NCBI GenBank assembly: GCA_944391115.1
Contig: CALXSJ010000011.1
Span: 26,143 to 90,142 of the forward strand
From: an uncultured Victivallales bacterium
GTDB lineage: Bacteria; Verrucomicrobiota; Lentisphaeria; Victivallales; UBA1829
Length of the DNA stretch: 64,000 nt
Direction: 5' to 3'
Shown: piece by piece, positions 1 through 10,330 of the stretch
Numbering within the stretch: the first letter of the stretch is position 1
How the letters are laid out: every line of letters begins with the position of its first letter
The notes under the pieces: generated by a model
Seen by the model: only the letters and a program-made list of their open reading frames with translations
What the model was told of the DNA's origin: nothing
The model's database searches: none
Program-made: the position numbers and the translations under genes

Positions 1-534
1 CAAATGTCTGTTGGTGCTCATGGATATGTCAATGACAATCAAGACTGGCTCATGCCGTCTAACACACTCGAAGATCATAAAGCATGGTTTTCTCTAATTC
101 AAATCTATATCCCCCAGAAAGCATGGAAAAAATCGAATAAATGCCCATCAGATGAAACGCCTCAAACAAATGGTTCTTATGGATACAGCCGCTCATTAGG
201 GTGCTGGATGCTGGCCAACTCCCCAGCCTATGGAAATTATTATAAAAAATCTTCCCATTTGCTGCTGCCTTCAAAAGCAATCCAGATAGCAGACGGAAAG
301 ACTCAAGATGGAATGATTATACTGGGCGGCATTCAATATTCTCCTATCACAAATGAATATATGCAGCTGAATTTTCCCGCTGGCGCCCATAATATTTGGC
401 ACAGGCATGGTAACAACAGAGCGAATCTTCTTTTTATTGCGGGGAATGTGGCAAGTGAACAGCACGGAATGACGGAATGGATGTGCACGATTCCTCAAAG
501 AAAGTTATGGTTTCGCGGAACGACAAAATACTGA
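1..534 (+). CDS. 3' part of a pseudopilin-like (DUF1559-type) protein; gene begins upstream of the window
   Basis: The frame is open from base 1 (ORF track 4..534). The tail ...WHRHGNNRANLLFIAGNVASE... resembles the His...N-x-L-F-x-[DA]G-x-V C-terminus of DUF1559-type prepilin-domain proteins and the tails of the two complete pilin-like genes here. The N-terminus is not visible. Confidence 0.5.
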   Translation, partial: QMSVGAHGYVNDNQDWLMPSNTLEDHKAWFSLIQIYIPQKAWKKSNKCPSDETPQTNGSYGYSRSLGCWMLANSPAYGNYYKKSSHLLLPSKAIQIADGKTQDGMIILGGIQYSPITNEYMQLNFPAGAHNIWHRHGNNRANLLFIAGNVASEQHGMTEWMCTIPQRKLWFRGTTKY

Positions 535-697
535 AAATAAAAAAGGAAGTGAAATAAATGATTCAAACAGACTTCGCCAGGAGGAAATGCAAAACATCAG
601 GGGGTTAATATTTCAGAACAACCATTCTGGCATGGATTGAAAATTATGTCCAGGTAATCAAATATTTCGATAAGGAATGTGAAATGGGAGGAAAATC

Positions 698-2479
698 ATG
701 AAATGGAAAGTATATGCGATTCTGCTGCTGTGTCCTTTGTTTCTTCATGCGAATGAATGTACACTGGCAAATGACAGGGATAATCAGATTATACTGAACA
801 CCAAAAGCGGATTGTTGAAGATATATCGCTTTGGAGGAATTAAGCCGGAGAAAGAATTCAGCATCGGAGAAGATATTTTTACAACGAAGCAAATGGAAAA
901 CAAAGCCGCTTCGGTCGTCTGGGAAGTTACCCGTCGAAATAAGGGAAGCATTACTCTTTGCACAACTCTTAAAAAAGAAACTGCCGGCATTGATTTGGAT
1001 GGCATCAAATATCAAAAAACATTCCAATTCGATCCCGCTGTTCCGGAAATCAAGGTGACGATGGAATTCCAGAACATTTCAGAACAGCTCCGTTATGCAT
1101 ATTGGGGAATTCGGAATCAATTCCAGCTGCGTCCGAAGAATTCAGAAGTTGTTTTCATTCCACGCACCATTGGAACATTTCCGCAATCCTCCTGGTTGTT
1201 TCTTAATTTTTATGCACAGCTGCCGGCCTGGAGCTCATCCATCGCGGAGAACTGGTGTGCAAAAATGGATGTCCAAGGGAAAAATGGGCTTGGTTTTCTC
1301 CTGGATTCTGCTGCGCAAAGTTCTTTTTACAGTTTCAAGGGGCAGAATATAGGTTTTATGTTTGATGGCGGTTACATGGCTCCCCAGGCATTTGTGAAAA
1401 CCGCTTATAAGATCCGGCCAATACAACACCTGGCAGGGGTAACGACTGTCAATTCTTCTTTTGCAGCTTATATTTCAAACGGAAAAACCAAAACGACTGC
1501 CTCTATTTTTCCATATGAATCAGGAGAGTTTTCTGGGGAGTTCACAATTGTTGATGAAAACAGGAAACCCGTTTTTCATAAAAAGGTTAATTTGTATTTG
1601 AAAAAAGGTGTGTGCAGCAGTGTGAATTTTACTCATCCAGGAATGAAGAGTCATTTTGCGGTCATTTTGAAAAGCAAAATGAACGGGAAAGAATTTTCGA
1701 CAGAACAATATTTTGAAAATGGTATGCGTATGCAAGACATTGCCGCGTGTCCTTTTACGCCTTGTTTTATGCGTTCCGCCGTGACACGGGCAAATACAGA
1801 AGTGATTGCGTATGAAATGATGCCTGTGCGTAAAAAACAAGCTGTATGCCTGTTTGGACTTTACACCCCGTTCAATCGATTTGATAAAATTTTAGACGGC
1901 TGGAAAATCGATACTTATTCTGTCTGGAATACCGGTATGAAAGAAATTCCTCCGGCATCAACTCTGGATGAATATTCCATATTGATTATCAGCAATGCCT
2001 TTATCAACGGAATGGAAGTCTGTTTGCCGAGAATCAAGCGTTTTGTCTCCAATGGAGGGCTGTTGCTTATCACAGGCGGGCCATCAGCGTTTGGAACAGG
2101 CGGATATGAAAAAAATTCTTTTTTCAATGAGATGCTTCCTGTCTCCGGACGGGCGTTTGATTTACAGCCCGTGGCAGGAAAAGGACAATTTGACAAAGGG
2201 GTTGCCATTGCAGGCAAAGGAATTAATTCCCTGAAGGCCCCATATCTCTACTGGATGCACCATTTCGCAAAAATCAACCCGTCCGCGGAAATTCTCTGGC
2301 AAGTCGGTCAACATCCGGTTTTAATCAAAGGGGCATATCAGAAAGGGCGAATACTCTGTTTCCTGGGGGCTCCACTGGGAGATCCGAAAGATGGATCAAC
2401 TCCATATTGGGAATCTGAGGAATATGTTTCTGCCATGCGGAAGATTATCATGGAAACACTGAAGGAGATCCAAAAATGA
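698..2479 (+). CDS. secreted hypothetical protein with a C-terminal class-I glutamine-amidotransferase-like (ThuA/DUF1355-like) domain
   Basis: GGGAGG RBS lies 6 nt upstream of the ATG. Signal-peptide-like N-terminus MKWKVYAILLLCPLFLHA. C-terminal YSILIISNAF...NGGLLLITGGPSAFGTGGY...HPVLIKGAYQKGRILCFLG is typical of GATase1-like folds. The stop overlaps the next start. Confidence 0.75.
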   Translation: MKWKVYAILLLCPLFLHANECTLANDRDNQIILNTKSGLLKIYRFGGIKPEKEFSIGEDIFTTKQMENKAASVVWEVTRRNKGSITLCTTLKKETAGIDLDGIKYQKTFQFDPAVPEIKVTMEFQNISEQLRYAYWGIRNQFQLRPKNSEVVFIPRTIGTFPQSSWLFLNFYAQLPAWSSSIAENWCAKMDVQGKNGLGFLLDSAAQSSFYSFKGQNIGFMFDGGYMAPQAFVKTAYKIRPIQHLAGVTTVNSSFAAYISNGKTKTTASIFPYESGEFSGEFTIVDENRKPVFHKKVNLYLKKGVCSSVNFTHPGMKSHFAVILKSKMNGKEFSTEQYFENGMRMQDIAACPFTPCFMRSAVTRANTEVIAYEMMPVRKKQAVCLFGLYTPFNRFDKILDGWKIDTYSVWNTGMKEIPPASTLDEYSILIISNAFINGMEVCLPRIKRFVSNGGLLLITGGPSAFGTGGYEKNSFFNEMLPVSGRAFDLQPVAGKGQFDKGVAIAGKGINSLKAPYLYWMHHFAKINPSAEILWQVGQHPVLIKGAYQKGRILCFLGAPLGDPKDGSTPYWESEEYVSAMRKIIMETLKEIQK

Positions 2480-4449
2480 AATTGTTCTTCGTTATTTTTA
2501 CATTCATGCTGCTTTTGAAAGTATTCAGCGGAAATCTTCAAGTTGTCCGAGTGCTTCCGAATAAGATCAACTATGCCCTGAATGAAAATGCCGTTATCAC
2601 GGTTACAATTGCAAATCGGAACGCAGGAAAAGAAAAAGCAGAACTTGTTCTCTTTGATAAATGGGATTTGGACCAGGAAAAGATCATTGCAAAAATACCG
2701 GTTCAGATGGAAGGGAACAGTGAAAAAACATTCTCTATTCCATGGAACACGGGGACAGTCCGCTATGGTCACGAGAGCAGAGCCGTATTAATGTCCGATT
2801 CAAAAGTTCTGGCTGCAAAATCCGAATTTTTCAATGTCATCAATGAGTGGTGGCGGGTGAATATTGGAGTCTGGCCAAGTGTCATTGGCGGAACAGAGCA
2901 AGGGGACCGACTTTGCCGGTGGTATGGCTATCGCCCATACAATACTCCGTTTGACCGTTTTTTCTATAAATCATGGGGAAAAAGTCCGATAGGGCCATTT
3001 GCATCCTATTTTACTTGCTGGACTCCGTGGAATATGTCATTTTCGACATTTGGTGTTTTTCATGATCCGTCATTCAAAGATGATGAATTATGGTATGCCG
3101 TGGCGGAAGGAGCCGAGGGGAGAAGATATATCGATTTTAAAAGAGATACCGCCTTTGCCCGGAAATGGGGAGTGAGACGCACCAAGTATCTTGCACAGCA
3201 TGCGACAGGGAATCCTGGATTTGAATTGATGCGAAAACATCCGCAATGGTTTCATAAAGACGCCAAAGGGGATTTTGCATATTATGATACAATTGATCCT
3301 CTTGGACTTTCTTATCGATGTGTCAAGCCCTATACTGCAGGTTGGTCACATACCCGGCCAAATTTTGCCTTGCCGGAAGTTTTGAAACATGGGGTTGATA
3401 CGACTCTGGATAGTGTAAAACGGCATGGTTTTGACGGAGTTTATTTCGATGGCATTTTCTGTCTTACCCCCGGTTTTGATCATGAAGGGTGGGACGTATA
3501 CAAGAAATTTAACAAAAGTGAAGTCGACAAGAAAATTTCAGATTATATTATTCGGCGCTTTGCAGAGTTCCGGAAGAATAATCCGGATTTTTATCATTGG
3601 GCGAATGGAACCCCTACAGCTTCTTCTGGATTCAATGGATTTCGCATTTTTGCATCTCCCGCATCGGGATCGTTATGGGAAATCGGTGAAATGCCGATGA
3701 ATCCTAAAATCGAGTATATGAATGTATGGGGATCTTTGAAAGAGGCCGCAGTCAATGTCAGGAATAAATACTGGAGTCTCCAAACAACACCGAATCAATT
3801 TGATGTGAAAACAAATATTCTGCATGTCGGGTATACAAGTTTTCCGGATGGCCTCTGGATGGTGGGGCCAAGCGCAGTGGCATGGGGACGCAAAGGAATT
3901 AAATTCAAGAATTTTCAGAAGACACATCAATTCTGGAATATTAATAGCCATGTTGCTGCCATCATAGCTGCAATTTGCGGTCACCCTTATGCTCTCGGCG
4001 GAGCTGCATATCGTCCATTTACCCAGATTATGACACGCTATTCCCGATTCTATTGGCATGAAAATATTCGCATTGTCAAAAAGGCCTTCCGAAAATTCAG
4101 CGTGGATGCATTGCGGGATATCTGGTGGGAGGATTTTGTTTATATCAATGAAACTCCTGAATACAGGGACTACTACATTCATTTGCTGAATGTTCCGGAT
4201 ACAAAAAATCTTTCATTTGAAACAGTTCAGGAGACTCTTCCTGCAAAAGATGTTGAGATATCTTCCCGTATTTTCAAGGATATCAATAAAGTGCAGGCTT
4301 GGACTATTCAGCCCTATGGACTTCGCGATGTTGTCCTGGAGCCTGTTGTCAGCAGAATCAAACCGGAACAAGTTGAAGATGAAATTGTGTTGTCTATTCC
4401 TGATTTCCGTTATTATACCCTGCTGGTTATCCGGGAACAGAAAACATAA
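2476..4449 (+). CDS. secreted hypothetical protein, possibly glycoside-hydrolase-like TIM barrel
   Basis: ATGA start/stop overlap with the upstream gene. Signal peptide MKLFFVIFTFMLLLKVFSG. The motif KRHGFDGVYFDGIF resembles GHL-type putative glycosidase barrels. The family was not recognised with certainty. Confidence 0.7.
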   Translation: MKLFFVIFTFMLLLKVFSGNLQVVRVLPNKINYALNENAVITVTIANRNAGKEKAELVLFDKWDLDQEKIIAKIPVQMEGNSEKTFSIPWNTGTVRYGHESRAVLMSDSKVLAAKSEFFNVINEWWRVNIGVWPSVIGGTEQGDRLCRWYGYRPYNTPFDRFFYKSWGKSPIGPFASYFTCWTPWNMSFSTFGVFHDPSFKDDELWYAVAEGAEGRRYIDFKRDTAFARKWGVRRTKYLAQHATGNPGFELMRKHPQWFHKDAKGDFAYYDTIDPLGLSYRCVKPYTAGWSHTRPNFALPEVLKHGVDTTLDSVKRHGFDGVYFDGIFCLTPGFDHEGWDVYKKFNKSEVDKKISDYIIRRFAEFRKNNPDFYHWANGTPTASSGFNGFRIFASPASGSLWEIGEMPMNPKIEYMNVWGSLKEAAVNVRNKYWSLQTTPNQFDVKTNILHVGYTSFPDGLWMVGPSAVAWGRKGIKFKNFQKTHQFWNINSHVAAIIAAICGHPYALGGAAYRPFTQIMTRYSRFYWHENIRIVKKAFRKFSVDALRDIWWEDFVYINETPEYRDYYIHLLNVPDTKNLSFETVQETLPAKDVEISSRIFKDINKVQAWTIQPYGLRDVVLEPVVSRIKPEQVEDEIVLSIPDFRYYTLLVIREQKT

Positions 4450-4771
4450 AAATCGAAAGGATTTCAATGGATCAGGCTTGCTGCCGTTTCCTTCCCTGCC
4501 GTTTTTGCCAATCTCTCAGCGTGTAACGGTTGTAGCGATCTGACTGGAGGGAAAGCACAAGCTCTTCTGATACTGAAATGATTTTGACTGAATTGGTTCC
4601 GCTGTTTTCAGCATTGCAAATCAGAAATTTCATAATATAGAAATGGAGGCAGGTAAAATCAATTAAAAACAGAGAAGGCTTGCAACGCGCATCCGCTTTG
4701 CTTGTGGAAGAAAGACTTGCAATAAAGAATCATTTCTTTGAGCATTGACCTTTGAAAGGAAAGGAACATAA

Positions 4772-5752
4772 ATGATGAAAATTAAAATCAGGAACTTCGC
4801 TGTGATACTGTGTGTAATACAAACCTTTTCTGTTTGTGCCATTAATTTTCCTGATTGCAACAGTTGGAATATCATGGGGTTTTACTGCAACGGCGTCTTT
4901 GTTGAAATGAATCGCAACCGGATTGCAACATGGAAGTATGAAAAGAATAAATTGCAGATGAACGGTAAATTGACGCTTCTGTGTCAATGGAAAAACAAGA
5001 GTTATCCGGACTATAACTTTCATGTAGGCGCTTCTGTTGTTCAGGGAAAACGCTTCTGGCTGCTTGGCGGGGAAGGCACTGTCAACAACAGGAAATGCCA
5101 GTCGGTTGCTACTGTTATGACCGGAACCATAGAACCGGATGGAAGGGTCTGCGATATGAAAGCAGTGCGTTCTCTTCCCTTTCCAACAAGAGCAGGTCGA
5201 GCTCTTATTTGCGACGGAAAAATATGGTTCCTGGGGGGGAGCGGTGAAAATAAGCTTATATTCGCGAAAATTCTTGAGAATGGCGAGCTGGATGAATGGC
5301 AATATGGGAAAGCATATCCTCTTCCGGTCTGTCGCGGCGGATTTGTATATTACAAAGGCTGTTTTTATGCGAATGGCATTGCTCATTTTGCACTTCGCAC
5401 AGGCGGAAGCAAAATTTATGCAATGAAAATTCCTGAAAATGGAATTGGTAAAAAATGGGTGCAGGTGGAATCTCCGGCAAATGCGCTGGGACGCCTGTAT
5501 GTGCACAATGAAACACTCTATTACTTTGATGAAATATCCGGAAATATCTATAAAACGATTCAGGAAGATGATGGGATTCAATTGGCTGAATGGCAGTTGG
5601 CGGGAAAAATGCCGTGCCCTCCTGACACCGAAGGGGTTACTGTGGAGGAGGTCCCGGATGGCTGGTTCTTTTTTGGTGGAGCAATGCGGAGAGCAGGAAA
5701 ATTCATTGGATTTTATCAGGGGGCGTTTGTGCCATTTTCCAATTTGAAATAA
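4772..5752 (+). CDS. secreted Kelch-repeat beta-propeller protein (NanM/mutarotase-like possibility)
   Basis: Signal peptide MMKIKIRNFAVILCVIQTFSVCA. Repeated Kelch-like blades: KRFWLLGGEG, GKIWFLGGSG, GGFVYYKGCFY, GWFFFGGAM. Confidence 0.7.
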   Translation: MMKIKIRNFAVILCVIQTFSVCAINFPDCNSWNIMGFYCNGVFVEMNRNRIATWKYEKNKLQMNGKLTLLCQWKNKSYPDYNFHVGASVVQGKRFWLLGGEGTVNNRKCQSVATVMTGTIEPDGRVCDMKAVRSLPFPTRAGRALICDGKIWFLGGSGENKLIFAKILENGELDEWQYGKAYPLPVCRGGFVYYKGCFYANGIAHFALRTGGSKIYAMKIPENGIGKKWVQVESPANALGRLYVHNETLYYFDEISGNIYKTIQEDDGIQLAEWQLAGKMPCPPDTEGVTVEEVPDGWFFFGGAMRRAGKFIGFYQGAFVPFSNLK

Positions 5753-5771
5753 TTACAGGAGTATTGATTTC

Positions 5772-6641
5772 ATGTTAAAAGGCTTAATGAGTGTGTTTCT
5801 GGCGGCTGTTTTCTCTTTGACGGGTGCAGAAGAAAATATTTTCCGCGGAAAGCTCAATATCGATAAAAGCGAACATGCTGTTTTGAATCAGGATGGCCTT
5901 TTTTACCTGCCCGCATGCCACATTCAGAAAAGCAAGGGGATTTTATTTGAAGCAGAACAGCCTAACTTGTTGTTTTATCATACTTCAAATGCCCGGCTGC
6001 AGGATGAAAATGGATGCATGTCCATTTTGAATGTTCGCGCCATGGAATTTAAATTTCATGTGATACATCCCGGAAATTACCGCGCATGGTACCGGGCTTC
6101 TTATCCGACAACATACTCGTATAATCACAGGGAGTGTATGGATAATGGAAATATCTCCGGGCTGATTGAGGATTCCAGCAATCAGCCTCCTAATGTATGG
6201 CGCTGGCACAAAGGACCTGTCTATCACCTGGATCGAGGAGAGCATGTATGGAAGTTCCCCACGCCGTCTGCCTGGTGCGGAGGCGCCAAACTGGATAAAC
6301 TCCTTCTCCTGCCGGAAGAGATTGACAATGTCACGGATGCGAATGCCGTTTGGGAAACCGGAGTTCGCATCCCCGATCAAGGAGAAATCGTCATACGGAA
6401 AATCAAAACAAAAAATATTCAGAGATGGCGCATCAATGCTGAGTTTCAGTTAAACGGAGGAGATTTTTCAGGGGAATATCATTATAATGGTCTCTCGTCC
6501 AGGAAAATCAGGATCGGAGAATGGGAAAATGTTCCGAATGGTGTGAGATATTTATATTTCTGTTTCCGGCTGAAAAAGGCAAGGGATGCCGCAGTATCTC
6601 CGTTCGTCTATAATCTAGAGCTTCAGATTCATGGCAGATAA
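5772..6641 (+). CDS. secreted hypothetical protein (possible carbohydrate-binding beta-sandwich)
   Basis: Lies 19 nt after the previous stop. Signal peptide MLKGLMSVFLAAVFSLTGA. No recognised catalytic motif. Last gene of the AT-rich plus-strand cluster. Confidence 0.65.
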   Translation: MLKGLMSVFLAAVFSLTGAEENIFRGKLNIDKSEHAVLNQDGLFYLPACHIQKSKGILFEAEQPNLLFYHTSNARLQDENGCMSILNVRAMEFKFHVIHPGNYRAWYRASYPTTYSYNHRECMDNGNISGLIEDSSNQPPNVWRWHKGPVYHLDRGEHVWKFPTPSAWCGGAKLDKLLLLPEEIDNVTDANAVWETGVRIPDQGEIVIRKIKTKNIQRWRINAEFQLNGGDFSGEYHYNGLSSRKIRIGEWENVPNGVRYLYFCFRLKKARDAAVSPFVYNLELQIHGR

Positions 6642-6649
6642 CTGCCATG
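6630..6649 (+). terminator. 8-bp hairpin spanning the stop codon of the 5772..6641 gene (weak terminator candidate)
   Basis: catggcag-ataa-ctgccatg. No immediate T-run; a T5 run lies about 15 nt downstream. Confidence 0.25.
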
Positions 6650-6866
6650 GAAGGACATTGTATTTTTGCAGGATTCCGGCTGGATTTGGCAAAAATTCGG
6701 ATTGTCTTTGAGGGATGTTTAAAAACCAGCCGGGAGAAGAAGCTGCGCCTGACGGATTTCAGGATCCGGGAGATCGAAAGCAACTGGTAACCAGGCAGGC
6801 CGCTGCAATTTCAGGAATGCGCCGGATGATCCCCTTGACGGATTGTCCGGCGTTCCGTTTTTTCCG

Positions 6867-8189
6867 TCATGCGGTTCTCTTCGCGGACCGGTAGCCGTAG
6901 ACGGCGACCACCAGAAGGCAGATCAGCGGCAGGACAAAGGAGAGATTGACCGCCGGCATGCCGAACAGCGTTCCCTTGTCGATGATCGCCGCCTGAAGGG
7001 GAGGGAGCACGGAGCCGCCGAGAATCGCCATGATCAGACCCGCCGCTCCGAATTTCGCGTCATCTCCGAGACCTTCCAGCGCAATTCCGTAAATGGTCGG
7101 GAACATCAGGGACATGCAGGCGGAAATGCCGACAAGGCAGTACATGCCGAAATTGTTCTCCAGGAAAATGGTCCCCAGCGTCAGGAGACTGCCTCCGGCG
7201 GCAAGCAGCATCAGCAGCCGCCCCGGATTCAGATAACGCAGCAGGAACGTGCAGATGAAGCGGCTGAAGCAGAAGATGACCATGGCGATGATGTTGTAGC
7301 GCTGCGAAAGCACTTCCGCGGTTTTCTCATCCATGCCCTGCGACATGAAGAGGCGCGTGCCATACTGGATGATGAAGGTCCAGCACATGATCTGCACGCC
7401 GATGTAGAAAAACTGCGCGATCACGCCCTCCCGGTAATGAGGAATGGAGAAAATGCGTTTGATCGTCGGAATGAAATTGATGTCGTGGGACTGGTCGTGA
7501 TTGTTCGGCATCCGGGTGAAGCGGATCAGGAAGAACAATGCGATGATGATCAGCCCGATCATCAGATACGGCTGGATCAGAATGGAGAGATCCGAATCCC
7601 GGACCGCGACAAATTCCGCTTCCGTCAGAGCGGCGCGCTCCGCGGTGTCAAGCGGATTCATCTTCGCCTGGATGAAGTGCATGGCCACATACATGCCGAT
7701 CAGGGAGCCCATCGGATTGAAGGACTGGGCAAGGTTCAGACGCCGCGTCGCGGTCTCCTCGGTGCCCATGGAAAGAATGTAGGGATTGGAGCTCGTTTCG
7801 AGGAAGGAGAGCCCGCAGGTCAGAATGAAATAGGCGATGAGGAACGGGTAGTAGCTGCCCGTCATTTTCGCAGGAAAGAAGAGAAGCGCGCCGAAGGCAT
7901 ACAGCGCAAGTCCCAGCAGAATGCCGGCCTTGTAGGAGTATTTCCGGATGAACATTGCCGCGGGAAACGCCATGGCGAAATATCCGCCGTAGAAGGCGAC
8001 CTGCACCAGGGCTCCGTCGGTCACGCTCATTCGGAAAATTTTCGAAAACGCCTTGACCATCGGGTTGGTGATGTCGTTGGCGAATCCCCAGAATGCGAAG
8101 CACGAGGTGATCAGAATGAAGGGAAGGACATAACTGACTCCGTCCTTGTGCAGAAGCGGCTGCCTGCTGTTTTTCATGATAGAATCCAT
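6867..8189 (-). CDS. fucP: L-fucose:H+ symporter permease (MFS)
   Basis: About 12-TM MFS protein. The N-terminal block VLPFILITSCFAFWGFANDITNPMVKAF...FYGGYFAMAFPAAMFIRK...FLETSSNPY is characteristic of FucP. Confidence 0.9.
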   Translation of the reverse strand: MDSIMKNSRQPLLHKDGVSYVLPFILITSCFAFWGFANDITNPMVKAFSKIFRMSVTDGALVQVAFYGGYFAMAFPAAMFIRKYSYKAGILLGLALYAFGALLFFPAKMTGSYYPFLIAYFILTCGLSFLETSSNPYILSMGTEETATRRLNLAQSFNPMGSLIGMYVAMHFIQAKMNPLDTAERAALTEAEFVAVRDSDLSILIQPYLMIGLIIIALFFLIRFTRMPNNHDQSHDINFIPTIKRIFSIPHYREGVIAQFFYIGVQIMCWTFIIQYGTRLFMSQGMDEKTAEVLSQRYNIIAMVIFCFSRFICTFLLRYLNPGRLLMLLAAGGSLLTLGTIFLENNFGMYCLVGISACMSLMFPTIYGIALEGLGDDAKFGAAGLIMAILGGSVLPPLQAAIIDKGTLFGMPAVNLSFVLPLICLLVVAVYGYRSAKRTA

Positions 8190-8424
8190 CCTTTCCGCAG
8201 TGGCGGATCAAAATTTTTTTTTTTGAAACGGCGCATTTCCTGCCGATGTATTTGCAATGTATATTGTCCGCCGTGAAATATCAAGAGTCTCTTTGCGGAA
8301 TCTTGCGGAGAATCGGTGCGCCCCGGCGTTTTCCGACCGGAATCCCGCGGCTTTTCCCGGATTGCGCATCCAGGGATTTCCCGCTGAATGCATGAGAAAA
8401 AGAGGAAAAAAAGCGGAATGACTC

Positions 8425-8452
8425 TTGACAATCCCCTTTTTTTATTTATAAT
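8425..8452 (+). promoter_or_regulatory. sigma70-like promoter of the LacI-family gene/operon
   Basis: TTGACA (8425-8430), 16-nt spacer, TATAAT (8447-8452). Both hexamers match consensus. Confidence 0.5.
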
Positions 8453-8469
8453 ATGTAACAGAAGAACCT

Positions 8470-8479
8470 AATACGTATT
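8470..8479. promoter_or_regulatory. perfect 10-bp palindrome AATACGTATT with central CG (candidate LacI-type operator core)
   Basis: Located about 18 nt downstream of the -10 hexamer and upstream of the lacI-family start. LacI/GalR operators are palindromes with a central CG. Confidence 0.35.
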
Positions 8480-8502
8480 TGATTCGATACTGGGAGCCGA
8501 GA

Positions 8503-9486
8503 GTGAATATTACGATGGAGAAACTTGCCGCGCTGGCCAATGTTTCGCAGGGCACAGTTTCACTGGTGCTCAACGGCAAGGCGGACGGGCAGATTTCCAA
8601 GGCGAAACAGGAGAAAATCCTCCATCTTGCCGAGAAGCATCATTACCGCGTGAACATGGCGGCGAAAAGTCTTCGCAAGAAACGGCAGTATGCCATCGGG
8701 ATCGTCATGCCGTGCCCCGTGAACAGCTTCTATGCGGCAATGGTCTCCCGGATGCAGATCAAGCTGGCGGCGCGCGGCTATATGGCTCTCTTCTCGTTCT
8801 GGAAGCAGATCGAAGACATTGAAAAGGCCTACGACGCGGTATACAGCCGCTGTGTGGACGGAATCATTTCCTGGACGGTCTGCGACCGCATGCTGCGGGA
8901 AGGGATTCCCTCCGTCTTTTTTGATGCGGACATTGAGGGAAGGGACTGTGTCCGATACGCCTTTTCCGATGCGTATCAGGAGCTTTTCCGCTACCTGTGG
9001 GGACTCGGGCACCGGAAGATCGGGATTGTCAGTCTGCCGGAGGATTCCAGAAGAGAACTTCTGAGAGAGTTTCTCCGGACGCAGGGCAGCGAACTGCGCC
9101 AGGAGTGGTGTTTTGATTTCAGCGACAGCATTGAAAGCGCCGCGCCTCTGCTGGAACGTCTTTTTTCCGTGAAAGACCGGCCGACCGCTTTGATTACCTT
9201 GAATGATGACACAGCGAAAAGACTGATTTTCGCCGGTTCCCGGAGAGGGATGCGCTTCCCCGAGGAGCTCTCCGTGGCGGGGTTCATGAATCTTTCGGAA
9301 ACGGAAGTCATGACTCCCGCGCTGACGACCTTTGACAGCCGGGACGACCTGCTGACCGATCATCTGGTGGATCAGATCCTGCGGCGGCTTGAACAGCCGG
9401 AGCTTCCGCCGGAACGGATCACGATCCGCCCGACCCTCATTCTGCGGGATTCCTGCTGTGCGCCCGGGCAATTGCACAATGACTGA
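8503..9486 (+). CDS. LacI family transcriptional regulator
   Basis: N-terminal [27 protein letters not shown] followed by a PBP1-type sugar-binding domain. I prefer the GTG at 8503 (GGAG lies 6 nt upstream). An alternative ATG is at 8515; the ORF-track TTG is at 8479. Confidence 0.9.
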   Translation: MNITMEKLAALANVSQGTVSLVLNGKADGQISKAKQEKILHLAEKHHYRVNMAAKSLRKKRQYAIGIVMPCPVNSFYAAMVSRMQIKLAARGYMALFSFWKQIEDIEKAYDAVYSRCVDGIISWTVCDRMLREGIPSVFFDADIEGRDCVRYAFSDAYQELFRYLWGLGHRKIGIVSLPEDSRRELLREFLRTQGSELRQEWCFDFSDSIESAAPLLERLFSVKDRPTALITLNDDTAKRLIFAGSRRGMRFPEELSVAGFMNLSETEVMTPALTTFDSRDDLLTDHLVDQILRRLEQPELPPERITIRPTLILRDSCCAPGQLHND

Positions 9487-9520
9487 CAAGAAAAACGGAA
9501 TACTGACAAGGAGAACAGAA

Positions 9521-10276
<756 letters not shown>

Positions 10277-10330
10277 GGCATTTGACGGACATATTAAAAA
10301 ACGCAACAATATAAATAAGAGGAGCTGAAA

